NCBI GenBank assembly: GCA_963800815.1 | Contig: CAWDCP010000002.1 | Span: 12,437-76,436, forward strand | DNA: 64,000 bases | Source of the DNA: an uncultured Solirubrobacteraceae bacterium | GTDB taxonomy: Bacteria > Actinomycetota > Thermoleophilia > Solirubrobacterales > Solirubrobacteraceae | Direction: 5' to 3' | Shown: in pieces, positions 38,842-49,527 of the stretch | Position numbering within the stretch: position 1 is the stretch's first letter | How the letters are laid out: the number at the start of each line of letters is the position of its first letter | Translations under genes and position numbers: made by a program | Notes under the pieces: model-generated | What the model saw: the letters and a program-made list of their open reading frames with translations, nothing else | The model's database searches: none | Told to the model about the DNA's origin: nothing

Positions 38842-39186
38842 CTACGAGGCCGTCTGCAGCTCGGCCGGATCGTCGATCAGGTCGAGCTTGGCATCGAGAC
38901 CGGTGATCTCGAGCACGCGATGGACCGCTTCGGGCCCGCGCACGATCGCCAACCTGTGTCCGGACTCCCGGGCCCTCGAGTCGGCCGCGACCAGCAGGCG
39001 CAGACCCGTCGAGTCCATGAACGTCAGGCCGCGCAGGTCGAGGATGATCACCTGGGCGCCGTGGTCCTCCTGCGCGCGGAGCTCGGCTTCGGCAGCGGGA
39101 GTGGTCGCGATATCGAGCTCTCCCACGAGCACGAGGCGCACAACTCCCCCACCTGCTTGCTCAATTTGGATCGAGAAGGGCTTCAA
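38842..39186 (-). CDS. STAS-domain anti-sigma factor antagonist
   Basis: GELDIAT, LDLRGLTFMDSTGL, RVLEITGL. Confidence 0.92.
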   Translation of the reverse strand: MKPFSIQIEQAGGGVVRLVLVGELDIATTPAAEAELRAQEDHGAQVIILDLRGLTFMDSTGLRLLVAADSRARESGHRLAIVRGPEAVHRVLEITGLDAKLDLIDDPAELQTAS

Positions 39187-39285
39187 GTCGACCGGATCGT
39201 AATTGATCCGCGCCCGGCGCCGGAAGTTGCCGCGTCGGGTGCAGACCTTAGGCCCCGGCCGGGCCGATGACCGCCGCTCGCTAAA

Positions 39286-39308
39286 ATCTTAGTCCGACTG
39301 ACTGAGAT
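39286..39308. promoter_or_regulatory. HAIR-like dyad upstream of lon
   Basis: ATCTTAGTC-N5-GACTGAGAT (8 of 9 symmetric) in an AT-rich intergenic region. Confidence 0.5.
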
Positions 39309-39383
39309 CGTTTGATGCTCGCTTCGGCGGGTGATATCCTTCCTGCTTACTGATCGTAAGCTACTAGCGAAAGTGAAGACTTG

Positions 39384-41666
39384 ATGAGTCGCCTTCTACT
39401 TGTCCCCCTCGAGGACGCAGTCGTCTTCCCGGGGATGTCGCTCACTCTCGCCGTTGATACCGGCGAAGAGGAGCGCGTGCTGCTCGTGCCGCGCCACGAG
39501 CAGGAATTCGCCGCCGTCGGGACGGTGGCTGAGGTCAGCGATCGCGTTCGCCTCCCCGGTGGGGCACGCGCCGTCTCGCTGACCGGTCTCCATCGCGGCG
39601 TCGCCGGCGCTGCCCACACCCTTCCGGATGGGCGGCTGTACGTCGAGGTCGACGAGCGGGACGACGAGGTCCCGGTCGACGGACGCACCCGTAATCTCGA
39701 GCGCGAGTACCGCGCGGTCGTCGAGGAGATCCTCGAGCTGCGCGGCGATGACGGCCGCGTGTCCGCGTTCCTGCGCTCCATAACCGAGCCCGGCGCCCTC
39801 GCCGATACCAGCGGCTACTCGCCCGATCTGTCCTTTGAGCAGAAGGTCAAACTGCTGCAGGAGACCGACGTGACCGAGCGGCTCGAGCTCGCCCTGGGCT
39901 ACCAGCGCGAGCGGCTGGCCGAGTTGCAAGTGCGTCGCCGCATCCGCGACGACGTGGAATCCGGAGCCGAGAAGCAGCAGCGCGAGTACTTCCTGCGCAA
40001 GCAGATGGAGTCGATCCGCAAGGAGCTCGGCGAGGACGACGGCTCGATCATCGACGAGTACCGCACCAAGATCGCCGAGGCGGGCATGCCCGACCACGCG
40101 CGTGAGCAGGCCGAGAAAGAGCTCGGGCGGCTCGAGCGGATGGGCGAGCAGAGCGGCGAGTCGAGCGTGATCCGCACGTATCTCGATTGGCTGATCGCGG
40201 TGCCGTGGAGCAACCACTCCGAGGAGCGGCTGGATCCCCAGCACGCCCGCGAGGTGCTCGATGCCGACCATGCCGGCCTCGAGGACGTCAAGGACCGGAT
40301 CGTCGAGTACATCGCGGTCAAGAAGCTGCGCGTCGAGCGCGGCATCACCGAGGACCGGCGCTCCGGCGCGATCCTGACCCTGATCGGACCGCCCGGCACC
40401 GGCAAGACCTCGATCGGCGAGTCGATCGCCCGGGCCACCGGGCGGGAGTTCGTGCGGATGTCGCTGGGCGGCGTGCGTGACGAGGCAGAGATTCGCGGCC
40501 ACCGGCGGACCTACATCGGCGCGCTTCCGGGCCGCCTGGTCCGTGCGCTCCGCGACGCGGGGACGATGAACCCGGTGATCATGCTCGACGAGGTCGACAA
40601 GGTCGGCGCCGACTGGCGCGGCGACCCGAGCGCGGCCCTGCTCGAGGTGCTCGACCCGGCTCAGAACCACAGCTTCCGCGATCACTACCTGGATCTGGAG
40701 CTGGATCTGAGCGGCGTGCTGTTCATCGCCACGGCCAACCTGACGGACACGATCCCCGGGCCGCTGCTCGACCGCATGGAGGTGATCCGCTTCGACGGGT
40801 ACACCACCTCGGAGAAGGTCGCGATCGCACGCGGTTACCTGTGGCCCCGCCAGCTCGAGCGCAACGGACTGCGTCCCGACGAGGTCGAGATCTCCGACGA
40901 GCTGTTGCAGACGGTGGCAATCGAATACACCCGGGAGGCCGGCGTCAGGCAGCTCGAGCGTGACCTCGGGACGCTGCTGCGCAAGACGGCGACGAGGATC
41001 GCCTCCGGCGAGGCGACAGCACCGAGCGTCATCGACCTTGCGGCGATCCGGGATGCGCTGGGTCGGCAGCGACACTTCCAGGAGTCGGCGGTGCGAACCG
41101 CGGTTCCCGGTGTGGCAACCGGACTCGCAGTGACCGGAGCGGGCGGCGACGTGCTGTTCGTTGAGGCCACGGCAATGGCCGGCAAGGCCGGCCTGACGCT
41201 GACCGGGCAGCTCGGCGACGTGATGAAGGAGTCGGCCCAGATCGCCCTCTCCTATGTCCGCGGGCATGCCGAGGAGCTCGGGATCGAGTCCTCGGCGTTC
41301 GAGGAGCGCTCGTTCCACGTGCACGTGCCGGCCGGGGCGATCCCCAAGGACGGCCCGAGCGCCGGGGTCACGATGGTGACCGCGCTCGCCTCGCTGCTCA
41401 GCGGGCGGCCCGTGCGTCACACCGTCGGGATGACCGGCGAGGTCACGCTCCAGGGCCGGGTGCTGCCGATCGGCGGCGTCAAGCAGAAGGTGCTCGCGGC
41501 GCACGCGGCCGGGTTGACCGACGTCGTGCTCCCGGAGCGCAACCGCGGTGACCTCGACGACGTACCGGTCGAGGTGCGCGAGGCGATGGGCTTCCACTTC
41601 GCCATGACGATTGACGAAGTCCTCGCGGTGGCGCTGGAGCCGGCCACCGTGACCGCCTCTGTCTAG
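39384..41666 (+). CDS. lon: ATP-dependent Lon protease
   Basis: [44 protein letters not shown]. Confidence 0.97.
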   Translation: MSRLLLVPLEDAVVFPGMSLTLAVDTGEEERVLLVPRHEQEFAAVGTVAEVSDRVRLPGGARAVSLTGLHRGVAGAAHTLPDGRLYVEVDERDDEVPVDGRTRNLEREYRAVVEEILELRGDDGRVSAFLRSITEPGALADTSGYSPDLSFEQKVKLLQETDVTERLELALGYQRERLAELQVRRRIRDDVESGAEKQQREYFLRKQMESIRKELGEDDGSIIDEYRTKIAEAGMPDHAREQAEKELGRLERMGEQSGESSVIRTYLDWLIAVPWSNHSEERLDPQHAREVLDADHAGLEDVKDRIVEYIAVKKLRVERGITEDRRSGAILTLIGPPGTGKTSIGESIARATGREFVRMSLGGVRDEAEIRGHRRTYIGALPGRLVRALRDAGTMNPVIMLDEVDKVGADWRGDPSAALLEVLDPAQNHSFRDHYLDLELDLSGVLFIATANLTDTIPGPLLDRMEVIRFDGYTTSEKVAIARGYLWPRQLERNGLRPDEVEISDELLQTVAIEYTREAGVRQLERDLGTLLRKTATRIASGEATAPSVIDLAAIRDALGRQRHFQESAVRTAVPGVATGLAVTGAGGDVLFVEATAMAGKAGLTLTGQLGDVMKESAQIALSYVRGHAEELGIESSAFEERSFHVHVPAGAIPKDGPSAGVTMVTALASLLSGRPVRHTVGMTGEVTLQGRVLPIGGVKQKVLAAHAAGLTDVVLPERNRGDLDDVPVEVREAMGFHFAMTIDEVLAVALEPATVTASV

Positions 41667-41674
41667 GGATTGCT

Positions 41675-41700
41675 GTGTGGGGCGCTTCGGCGCCCCACAC
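41675..41700. terminator. Hairpin with TTCG tetraloop between convergent genes
   Basis: GTGTGGGGCGC-TTCG-GCGCCCCACAC. Confidence 0.85.
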
Positions 41701-41711
41701 GTTCCGCCGGA

Positions 41712-42287
41712 TCAGAAGATCCGGTAGCCCTGGATGGCGATCGTGAAGCCGTGACCGTCGGAGTTCGTACAGGTCATGCCGTCTGTGCGGCTGGCGCACG
41801 TCAACCCACCGACGTGCGTGTTCACGCCGTACGGCAAGGGGGGCGCTGAGGGGTTCAGCGCCGTGTCTCCCGCGCACACGAAGCGAGTGAGGCCCCTCGT
41901 GTCGACGGTCAGGCCCTGGCCGTAGTCGACGACCGGCGGGCACGAGCTCGGATGCGGCGGGGCCGACCAGTGGCGGTTGCGGATGTCGCAGCGCGCGCTC
42001 CCGTTGATGATCAGGCAGCCGATGTTGCCCGACGGACTGCGGAACGTCGAGATCGAGACCGTCTTGATCGGCGGGCTCGGCGAGGTGGTCGTCGAGGCAG
42101 TCGTGCTCACGCCGGCGCCGCCACTGGAGCTGGTCGAGGTCGACGAGGTCGTCGTGATGGCGGCACCGCCGCTCGCGGACCCTGTCGTCCCCGGCCCGGT
42201 TCTCGGCGTCGTGACCGTTACGGTCTTCGTGCCGGCGCCACAGCCCGCGAGGGCCAGCACCAGCACGATCGGAGCCAGAAGCTTCAC
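41712..42287 (-). CDS. Lipoprotein with Thr/Ser linker and Cys-rich domain (DUF6636-like)
   Basis: Lipobox LAGC; FRSPSGNIGC, CAGDT, LPYG, GMTC..GHGF. Confidence 0.85.
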   Translation of the reverse strand: MKLLAPIVLVLALAGCGAGTKTVTVTTPRTGPGTTGSASGGAAITTTSSTSTSSSGGAGVSTTASTTTSPSPPIKTVSISTFRSPSGNIGCLIINGSARCDIRNRHWSAPPHPSSCPPVVDYGQGLTVDTRGLTRFVCAGDTALNPSAPPLPYGVNTHVGGLTCASRTDGMTCTNSDGHGFTIAIQGYRIF

Positions 42288-42396
42288 CGCCCGGAGCCTA
42301 GTGGGCTCGACGGCGGGTCGGCATATGACCGGGTGGCATAGGAGAACGGGGACTTCTGGCGTTTACGTCAGGCCGCGGAGGCGTAGCCTGCATGAC

Positions 42397-43866
42397 ATGA
42401 CCACCATCACCGCCACATCAGAGCAGAGCATCCTCGAGCAGGTCCCGAAGCAGCTGTACATCGGCGGCGACTGGCGCGACGGCAGCGCCGGAACGCTGGC
42501 CGTCGAGGACCCGTCCACCGGTGAGACGCTGTGCGAGGTTGCCGACGCCTCGCCCGAGGACGCCCAGGCGGCCCTCGACGCCGCCGTCGCCGCGGGACCG
42601 AGCTTTGCCGCGCACCCCCCGCGGGAGCGCGGTGAGATCCTGCGACGCGCCTACGAGATGATCATCGAGCGCCAGGACGACCTCGCGCTGCTGATGACCC
42701 TGGAGATGGGCAAGCCCGTCAAGGAGTCGCGAGCGGAGGTGGTCTACGCTGCCGACTTCCTGCGCTGGTTCTCGGAGCAGTCGGTGCGCATCGACGGGCG
42801 CTACGCGGTCGCGCCGAACGGGCAGGGCCGCGTGCTGACGATGAAGCAGCCGGTCGGCCCGGTGCTGTTGATCACGCCCTGGAACTTCCCGCTGGCGATG
42901 GGCACCCGGAAGATCGGGCCCGCAGTCGCCGCCGGCTGCACGATGGTGGTCAAGCCGGCGTCGCAGACCCCGCTCTCGATGCTGATGCTGGTCAAGATCC
43001 TCGAGGAGGCCGGCCTGCCGGCGGGCGTCATCAACCATTTCACGACCTCGTCCTCGGGGGCGACGACCTCGCCGCTGATCCATGATCAGCGGCTGCGCAA
43101 GCTGTCGTTCACCGGCTCCACCGAGGTCGGGCGCAGCCTGATGGCTGACGCCTCCGAAACGCTGCTGCGACTGTCGATGGAGCTCGGCGGCAACGCGCCG
43201 TTCATCGTGTTCGAAGACGCCGATTTCGACGCCGCCGTCGAGGGCGCGATGATCGCCAAGATGCGCAACGGCGGCGAGGCCTGCACGGCCGCCAACCGCT
43301 TCCACGTCGCTGAGCCGATCGCCGCGAAATTCGCCGACGCGCTGGCCGAGCGCATGGGAGCGCTCAAGGTCGGGCGCGGCACCGAGGACGGCGTCGATCT
43401 CGGCCCGTTGATCGACGCCAAGCAGCGCAGCAAGGTCGCCGAACTGGTCGAGGACGCCGTCGGCCGCGGCGCGCGGCCGCTCACCGGCGGGCACGCGCTC
43501 GACGGCGCCGGCTACTTCTACGAGCCGACCGTGCTCGGCGACGTGCCCGACGATGCATCGCTGCTGCGCGAGGAGATCTTCGGCCCGGTTGCGCCGATCA
43601 AGCCCTTCGCCACAGAGGAGGAGGCGATCGCCGCCGCCAACGACACCGAGTACGGCCTCGTGGCATACGTGTTCACCCGCGATCTCAAGCGTGCCCTGCG
43701 GGTCGTCGAGGGCCTCGAGACCGGCATGGTCGGCCTCAACCAGGGCATCGTCTCCAACGCCTCCGCCCCCTTCGGTGGCATCAAGCAGTCCGGCTTCGGC
43801 CGCGAGGGCGGCTACGAGGGGATCGAGGAGTACGTGGAGACGAAGTACGTGGCGGTGAAGCTGTAG
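42397..43866 (+). CDS. gabD: NAD(P)-dependent succinate-semialdehyde dehydrogenase
   Basis: ITPWNFP, FTGSTEVG, ELGGNAP, GEAC, EEIFGP, PFGGIKQSGFGREG. Confidence 0.9.
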   Translation: MTTITATSEQSILEQVPKQLYIGGDWRDGSAGTLAVEDPSTGETLCEVADASPEDAQAALDAAVAAGPSFAAHPPRERGEILRRAYEMIIERQDDLALLMTLEMGKPVKESRAEVVYAADFLRWFSEQSVRIDGRYAVAPNGQGRVLTMKQPVGPVLLITPWNFPLAMGTRKIGPAVAAGCTMVVKPASQTPLSMLMLVKILEEAGLPAGVINHFTTSSSGATTSPLIHDQRLRKLSFTGSTEVGRSLMADASETLLRLSMELGGNAPFIVFEDADFDAAVEGAMIAKMRNGGEACTAANRFHVAEPIAAKFADALAERMGALKVGRGTEDGVDLGPLIDAKQRSKVAELVEDAVGRGARPLTGGHALDGAGYFYEPTVLGDVPDDASLLREEIFGPVAPIKPFATEEEAIAAANDTEYGLVAYVFTRDLKRALRVVEGLETGMVGLNQGIVSNASAPFGGIKQSGFGREGGYEGIEEYVETKYVAVKL

Positions 43867-44691
43867 GCGGGGAGGTACTAGAGCTGTCGAGACCGGCGCT
43901 GCCGTAACGCAAGCGGCGGATCAGGCCATCGCGCTCTCGAGTCAGCTGACGTCCTATCTGCTTCTCGAAGCGACGCTCTGCGAAATACCTAGCCCGAGCG
44001 CTGCCTTCCCCGCGGAGCGGGTGCGCAACGAGGGTCGGCCGCAGCTAGACGCGAACGGACGAAAGCAGGACGATGACGCACAATCGTGCCCGAAGCCGCG
44101 AGGCTGGCTCGGTATACCGGGCCGAGCTCGAGCGCGCGCACTTAGTCATCGCTGCGCCCCGGAGCTCGGGTGCGTCGGCCAACGGCTGTGCGACGGTGGA
44201 CAAGACCGCCGCGATCGCGCGCGTTGGGACGGGCGCCGTTCATGCTCGCCGCCCGCAAGCTGGATAGTACGGCCGGCTGGATGCTCGTCGCACGCGAGAT
44301 CGGGCTCCTGCGCCGCCGAGCCTGCCCGCATGCACCGTGCCCGCGGTGACTCGACCCGTCCGCAGCCGATCGTCTCTGCGCTCGGCGCGGAGCTCATGCA
44401 GATCCAAATGAGGCCTGGGTGGGCGTGGCGTGGGCTGGTGTGGCTGACGTGCCCGTGTTACTCAGCCCGCTGGTCTGACTATGCGACCGCTCCAGGTGGG
44501 GCGGGTCGGATCTGGCCTGGATTGCCTGCGGACGTAGTTGGGTGGAGGCGGTGGTGTCGAGGGGACGGCCGAGCTGGCGAAGTGTCGGCCTCGGTTCTTG
44601 CCTTGGAGGGTCGGCCTGACCTGATGGGAGCGTTCGCCCCTCGGGGCGTCCACCGGGATGTTGTCGGCCGGTCCGCCTCGCTTCCTGCGGG

Positions 44692-46608
44692 CTACGGCAC
44701 GCCCTTGAGGCTGGCGATGGTCGCGCGCGCGAGCCCGGTGCCGTTTGCGTTCGTGGCGATCAGGGTCAGCGTGACCGATTCGTTGGCTTTGGTTTGCAGG
44801 CTGCTGAGCGCTCCGTGCGGAAGCTTCAGGGCGAGCGGCTTTACCTTCCCGGCGTGAAGCGAGGCGCGGAGGGGCCCAAGCCTGAAGGTCTTGGTCGCTT
44901 GCTTGCCGTGCTTGGGTTTGTGGCCGAGCAACTCGGTGAGAACGCCGGTCAGATTGACCGTCGCGGCCTGGTTGCAGGTGGCGCTCAGCGAGAGTGTTCC
45001 GACCGACGCGCTGGATGTGCGTCCGTGAGTCGGCTTCGGTTTGGCCAGCCGTACCGTGTTGCTCTTGACCGTCAGCGTGCAGCGCGGCGGCTTGTTGAAG
45101 GTGGCCGTCACGCGCGTGGCGGCGGTGATCGTCACCGAGCACGATCGGCTGCTCTTACAGCCGCCGCCGCTCCAGCCCGCGAACGTCGACCCGGCGGCGG
45201 GCGTTGCGCTCAGCGTCACCACGCTGCCGGTCGTGAGGCTCTTCGAGCACGTGCCGGGGCAGCTGATCCCCGCGCCTGTGACTTTGCCCGTGCCCGATCC
45301 CGTCAGCGACACCGACAGCGTGCTCAACGAGATCACGTGCGTTGTCTGCGCGGCTTGCGAGCCGTTGCACGAGACGGTATGGCCGGTGAAGATCACGGTG
45401 GTTGAGCAGCCCTCGTTGTCGGTGACGGTCAGCGTCGCGCTGTGGCGGGCGCTCGTCGCGTAGGTGTGGGTGATCCTCGGCCCGCTGCTCGTCGCGCTCG
45501 TGCCGTCGCCGAAGCTCCAGTTGTAGCTCGCAACCGACCCGTCGGCATCCGTCGAGCCGGACGCATCAAACGACACGCTTGTGCCGGACGCTGTCGCGGT
45601 GAACGCTGCCGACGGGCCCTTGTCGGGCACGATCGCGGATAGGCCGGGAGCCGAGACCGTCAGGACGGGGGTGCCCGCCGTGTTGCTCGCCGTGCTGATC
45701 GGCGTCACCGTCCCCGCGCTGTTGTTCGAGACGTACACGGTCTTGCCGTCAGGCGTGATCGTGACCCCGACCGGACCGCTGCCAGCCGGCAATGCGATCG
45801 GGGGACCCGCCGTATTGCTCGCCGTGTTGATCGCCGTCACCGCGTCCTTCCCGTAATCGGCGACGTACGCGGTCGCGCCGTCGGGAGTGATCGCGATCGC
45901 TTGCGGCTTGCTGCCGGTCGGCAAAACGATCGGCAGGCCCACCGTGTTGCTCGCAAGGTCGATCGGCGTCACCCAGCCCGCGAGCTCGTTGGCGACGTAA
46001 GCGGTCTTGCCGTTCGGCGTGATCGCGATGTATTTGGGGAAGCCGCCGACCGGAAGCGGCGGGCCCGCCGTGTCCGTCGCCGTGTTGATCGCCGTCACCG
46101 AATTCGTCCCGTAATCGGCGACGTACACGGTCTTGCCGTCGGGAGTGATCGCGACTGACCACGGCGCGCTGTTGGCCGGCAACGTGATCGGCGTACCCGC
46201 CGTGTTGTTCGCGAGGTTGATCGGCACGACCGTGTTCCCGGCGGTGTTGGCCACGTACGCAGTGTTGCCGTTCGGCGTGATCGCGATGTCCTCAGGCGTG
46301 TTGCCGCCCGGGATCGCGATCGGCGTGCCGAGTGTCCCGGTCGCGACGGACACCGGCGTGAGCGTCGCCAGCTTCGAGTCGAGGATGTAGGCGCTCGCGC
46401 CGTTGGGCGAGAGTGCCGCGGCCCACGGTCGGCTGGTGTTCGGGAACGTCAGCAGGGCACCCGCCGTTTTCGTCGCCGTGTCGAGCGTCGCGACCGTATT
46501 TGCCCCGGTCGGCACGTACAGCGTCCGTGCTGCCTGCGCGGCCGCCGGCACGCTCACCACGACCAGAGCACACGCAAACGACGCGATCAGCCCACGAATC
46601 CTCGACAT
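44692..46608 (-). CDS. Secreted YVTN/YncE beta-propeller + PKD + InlB-B-like repeat + basic C-terminal domain
   Basis: Signal peptide; about seven IAITPxGKTAYVA repeats; FDASGSTD..YNWSFGDG; VTLSATPAAGSTFAGWSG; RBS AGGGGG. Confidence 0.9.
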   Translation of the reverse strand: MSRIRGLIASFACALVVVSVPAAAQAARTLYVPTGANTVATLDTATKTAGALLTFPNTSRPWAAALSPNGASAYILDSKLATLTPVSVATGTLGTPIAIPGGNTPEDIAITPNGNTAYVANTAGNTVVPINLANNTAGTPITLPANSAPWSVAITPDGKTVYVADYGTNSVTAINTATDTAGPPLPVGGFPKYIAITPNGKTAYVANELAGWVTPIDLASNTVGLPIVLPTGSKPQAIAITPDGATAYVADYGKDAVTAINTASNTAGPPIALPAGSGPVGVTITPDGKTVYVSNNSAGTVTPISTASNTAGTPVLTVSAPGLSAIVPDKGPSAAFTATASGTSVSFDASGSTDADGSVASYNWSFGDGTSATSSGPRITHTYATSARHSATLTVTDNEGCSTTVIFTGHTVSCNGSQAAQTTHVISLSTLSVSLTGSGTGKVTGAGISCPGTCSKSLTTGSVVTLSATPAAGSTFAGWSGGGCKSSRSCSVTITAATRVTATFNKPPRCTLTVKSNTVRLAKPKPTHGRTSSASVGTLSLSATCNQAATVNLTGVLTELLGHKPKHGKQATKTFRLGPLRASLHAGKVKPLALKLPHGALSSLQTKANESVTLTLIATNANGTGLARATIASLKGVP

Positions 46609-46955
46609 CACAAGCCCCCTAAGTCAGTGGCCGACCACGCCAGCGGCGGTCAGAGCACCAACATACAACCAGACGTTGGCTCTGCGGGGATAGTTGAAGC
46701 GAACGGCTCGGGCGATGGCGCAATGCTCCGAGTCATCCCAACCGGCCGCGCGGGCGTCGTCGGTGAAGGAGCCGACCAGCGACGCGTAGGTGCAGCGCTG
46801 ACTGGTGGCGGCGCAACGCACGACGCTGAAGCTGGTGCGGGCGGCGAGCGTGTCACGGGAGCGGGTCGTCGTTCCCGCGCCCGTGGGGGGTTGCGTGTGT
46901 GTTAGGGTCGGCGGGCCGGTTGCCAGCGACACGATTGCGTTTGGGGGCTTGAGGG

Positions 46956-49100
46956 ATGCGGAGACTTCTGCTGTGTGGAGGCGTGGTGGGCGTGGCGCTC
47001 GTGCTCGCGTCGGTGGCGTTTGCCGCGACGCCGGTTGCGGTGTGGCCGGGCGCGAGCGAGCTGACCCTGCCGGCGAACGCGAACACGACCGCCGGTGCCG
47101 AGAGAGCCCTCCTGAACTCGGTGGCGTGCGCGAGCGCGAGCAACTGCGTCGCAATCGGCGACTACACAGACACGACGCATAGCGACCAGGCGCTGGTCGC
47201 GACGCAGTCGGCTGGCGGGGCGTGGCAGGCGAGCGAGCTGACCCTGCCCGCGAACGCGAGCACGACCGCCGGCCACCAGAACGCCAACATGGACTCGGTG
47301 GTCTGTCCGAGCGCGGGCAACTGTGTCGCCACCGGCTTCTACTCAGACACGACGGGTAGCTCCCCGGCGATGGTTGTGACGCAGTCGGCGGGTGGGGCGT
47401 GGAAGGCGAGCGAGCTGACCCTGCCGGCGAACGCGAACACGACCGCCGGCCACCAGAGCGCCGAACTGAACTCGGTGGCGTGCGCGAGCGCGGGCAACTG
47501 CGCCGCCGCCGGCACCTACACAGACACGACGGGTGGCGACCAGGCGCTGGTCGCGACGCAGTCGGCTGGCGGGGCGTGGCAGGCGAGCGAGCTGACCCTG
47601 CCCGCGAACGCGAGCACGACCGCCGGCGCCCAGAGAGCCTTCCTGAACTTGGTGGGGTGCGCGAGCGCGGGCAACTGCGCCGCCGCCGGGCAGTACAAAG
47701 ACACGACGGGAAGCACCCAGGCGCTGATCGCGACGCAGTCGGCTGGCGGGGCGTGGCAGGCGAGCGAGCTGACCCTACCCGCGAACGCGAACACGACCGC
47801 CGGCCACCAGGACGCCGTCCTGAACTCGGTGGTGTGCCCGAGTGCGGGCCACTGCGCCGCCGCCGGCAACTACATCGACACCGGTAGTCGTCGTCAGGCG
47901 ATGGTCGCGACGCAGTCGGCTGGTGGGGCGTGGCAGGCGAGCGAGCTGACCCTGCCCGCGAACGCGAACACGACCGCCGGCGTCCAGAGCGCGTTCCTGA
48001 GATCGGTGGTGTGCCCGAGCGCGGGCACCTGCACCGCCGCCGGGCTGTACAGAGACACGACGGGTAGCACCCAGGCGATGGTCGCGACGCAGTCGGCCGG
48101 CGGGGGGTGGCAGGCGAGCGAGCTGACCCTGCCGGCCAACGCGAACACGACCGCCGGCCACCAGGACGCCGAGCTGAACTCGGTGGCGTGCGCGAGCGCG
48201 GGCAACTGCGCCGCCGCCGGCTTCTATGAAGACACGACGGGGAGCGAACGGGCGCTGGTCGCGACGCAGTCGGCCGGCGGGGCGTGGCAGGCGAGCGAGC
48301 TGACCCAGCCGGGCAACGCCATCACCGCCGGCAACCAGGTCGACCTCAACTCGGTGGTGTGCCCCAGCGCGGGGTACTGCACCGTCGCCGGCTACTACAG
48401 GGACACGACAGGGAGCCTTCAGGCGCTGGTTGTGAGTTCGGTCGCCTCGCTCGGGGTGGGGACGTCGAGCTTGCCGTCGGGGGCGGACGGTTCCGCCTAT
48501 AACGCGCGGCTGTCATCGACGGGCGGGGCGGGGACTGGCACCTGGTCGCTCAGCTCGGGGTCACTGCCCGCCGGGTTGAGCTTGAATGCCTCAACCGGCG
48601 TGATCTCCGGCGTGCCCAGGGCGATCGGGAGATCCAACTTCACCGTCAGCGTCAGCGACCCCGGACCGCCGGTGCAGCACGCCAGCGCATCGCTCTCGAT
48701 CGCCGTCGGCCCCGCACCGCCGGCGGCCATCAGGCAGGTCAAGACCAGCGGCTCGCTGCTCACCCTGACCCTCTCTTGCCGCGGATCGGCCGGCCAGACG
48801 TGCAAAGGCACGCTGAAGCTGATCGCGCTTGAGCATCTGACCGGACACACGATCACCGCCGTCACCGCCAGCACGCCGAAGAAGACGACCAAGACCGTCA
48901 CGCTCGCCAGCACCACCTACACCCTCACCGGCACGAGCAGAACGCTCAAGATCACGCTCAACCAGACCGGCCAACACCTCCTCGCCAAATACCACACGCT
49001 CTCCGCCAAGCTCACCCTCACACCCACCGGCGCGAGGACCCCCACCACGACCAAGACCATCACGATCACAGCCGCGCAAGCAAAACACAACCACCACTGA
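46956..49100 (+). CDS. Secreted protein: eight 59-aa Cys repeats + putative Ig domain + basic C-terminal domain
   Basis: Signal peptide; repeats with SVxCxSAGxC; WSLSSGSLPAGLSLNASTGVISGVP. Confidence 0.9.
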   Translation: MRRLLLCGGVVGVALVLASVAFAATPVAVWPGASELTLPANANTTAGAERALLNSVACASASNCVAIGDYTDTTHSDQALVATQSAGGAWQASELTLPANASTTAGHQNANMDSVVCPSAGNCVATGFYSDTTGSSPAMVVTQSAGGAWKASELTLPANANTTAGHQSAELNSVACASAGNCAAAGTYTDTTGGDQALVATQSAGGAWQASELTLPANASTTAGAQRAFLNLVGCASAGNCAAAGQYKDTTGSTQALIATQSAGGAWQASELTLPANANTTAGHQDAVLNSVVCPSAGHCAAAGNYIDTGSRRQAMVATQSAGGAWQASELTLPANANTTAGVQSAFLRSVVCPSAGTCTAAGLYRDTTGSTQAMVATQSAGGGWQASELTLPANANTTAGHQDAELNSVACASAGNCAAAGFYEDTTGSERALVATQSAGGAWQASELTQPGNAITAGNQVDLNSVVCPSAGYCTVAGYYRDTTGSLQALVVSSVASLGVGTSSLPSGADGSAYNARLSSTGGAGTGTWSLSSGSLPAGLSLNASTGVISGVPRAIGRSNFTVSVSDPGPPVQHASASLSIAVGPAPPAAIRQVKTSGSLLTLTLSCRGSAGQTCKGTLKLIALEHLTGHTITAVTASTPKKTTKTVTLASTTYTLTGTSRTLKITLNQTGQHLLAKYHTLSAKLTLTPTGARTPTTTKTITITAAQAKHNHH
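47043..48435 (+). repeat. Coding tandem repeat, 8 x 177 bp
   Basis: GCGAGCGAGCTGACCC recurs at 47052, 47229, 47406 and on with a 177-bp period. Confidence 0.95.
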
Positions 49101-49527
49101 GCACCCCCACCCCGGCCCGCGCCAACCAGCCCGTGGCGCGTGGGCCAGGCGCGGCGGTGCGGGTGTTCGGTTTTGCCGCCCGTTATCGCCTATTCCCGTG
49201 AATCTGTTGGTGGGAGAAGAGATAAGGGTCGCGGAGTGGGAACAGCCGCGACACGAGGCGTGGCGTTTGGGGCTGCTTCTTCACCCTCTGCTCGCCCTGC
49301 CGCCGGAAGGCGGTGTGGCGACCTTGCCGAAGGCTCGAGCGACGCGGGCGCTCGGAGCTGGGTCGCAAACCACCAACGGGATCGTGGGGTTGGAGGCCAT
49401 GCGACACGTCAACGAGATCGTCGCGATTGGCGCGCTCAGTTCATGACCGCCGCCCGGTAGCGCGGAAGAATCCGCGCAGAGCTCGGGCTCTCGAACGGTG
49501 CGCATTGCCCGACGCGCGCGGGCTCAG

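Noticed and set aside
38416-39270. 284-aa anti-sigma factor ORF as given in the track
   Set aside because: Frameshift artefact; the HATPase ends at 38828 in another frame and the extension is antisense to the STAS gene
47043-48435. Regular repeats as a CRISPR array
   Set aside because: 177-bp in-frame coding units with homologous interiors; no unique spacers and no cas genes
49399-49446. 15-codon ORF MRHVNEIVAIGALSS after GGAGG
   Set aside because: RBS spacing of 2 nt is too short and there is no other support
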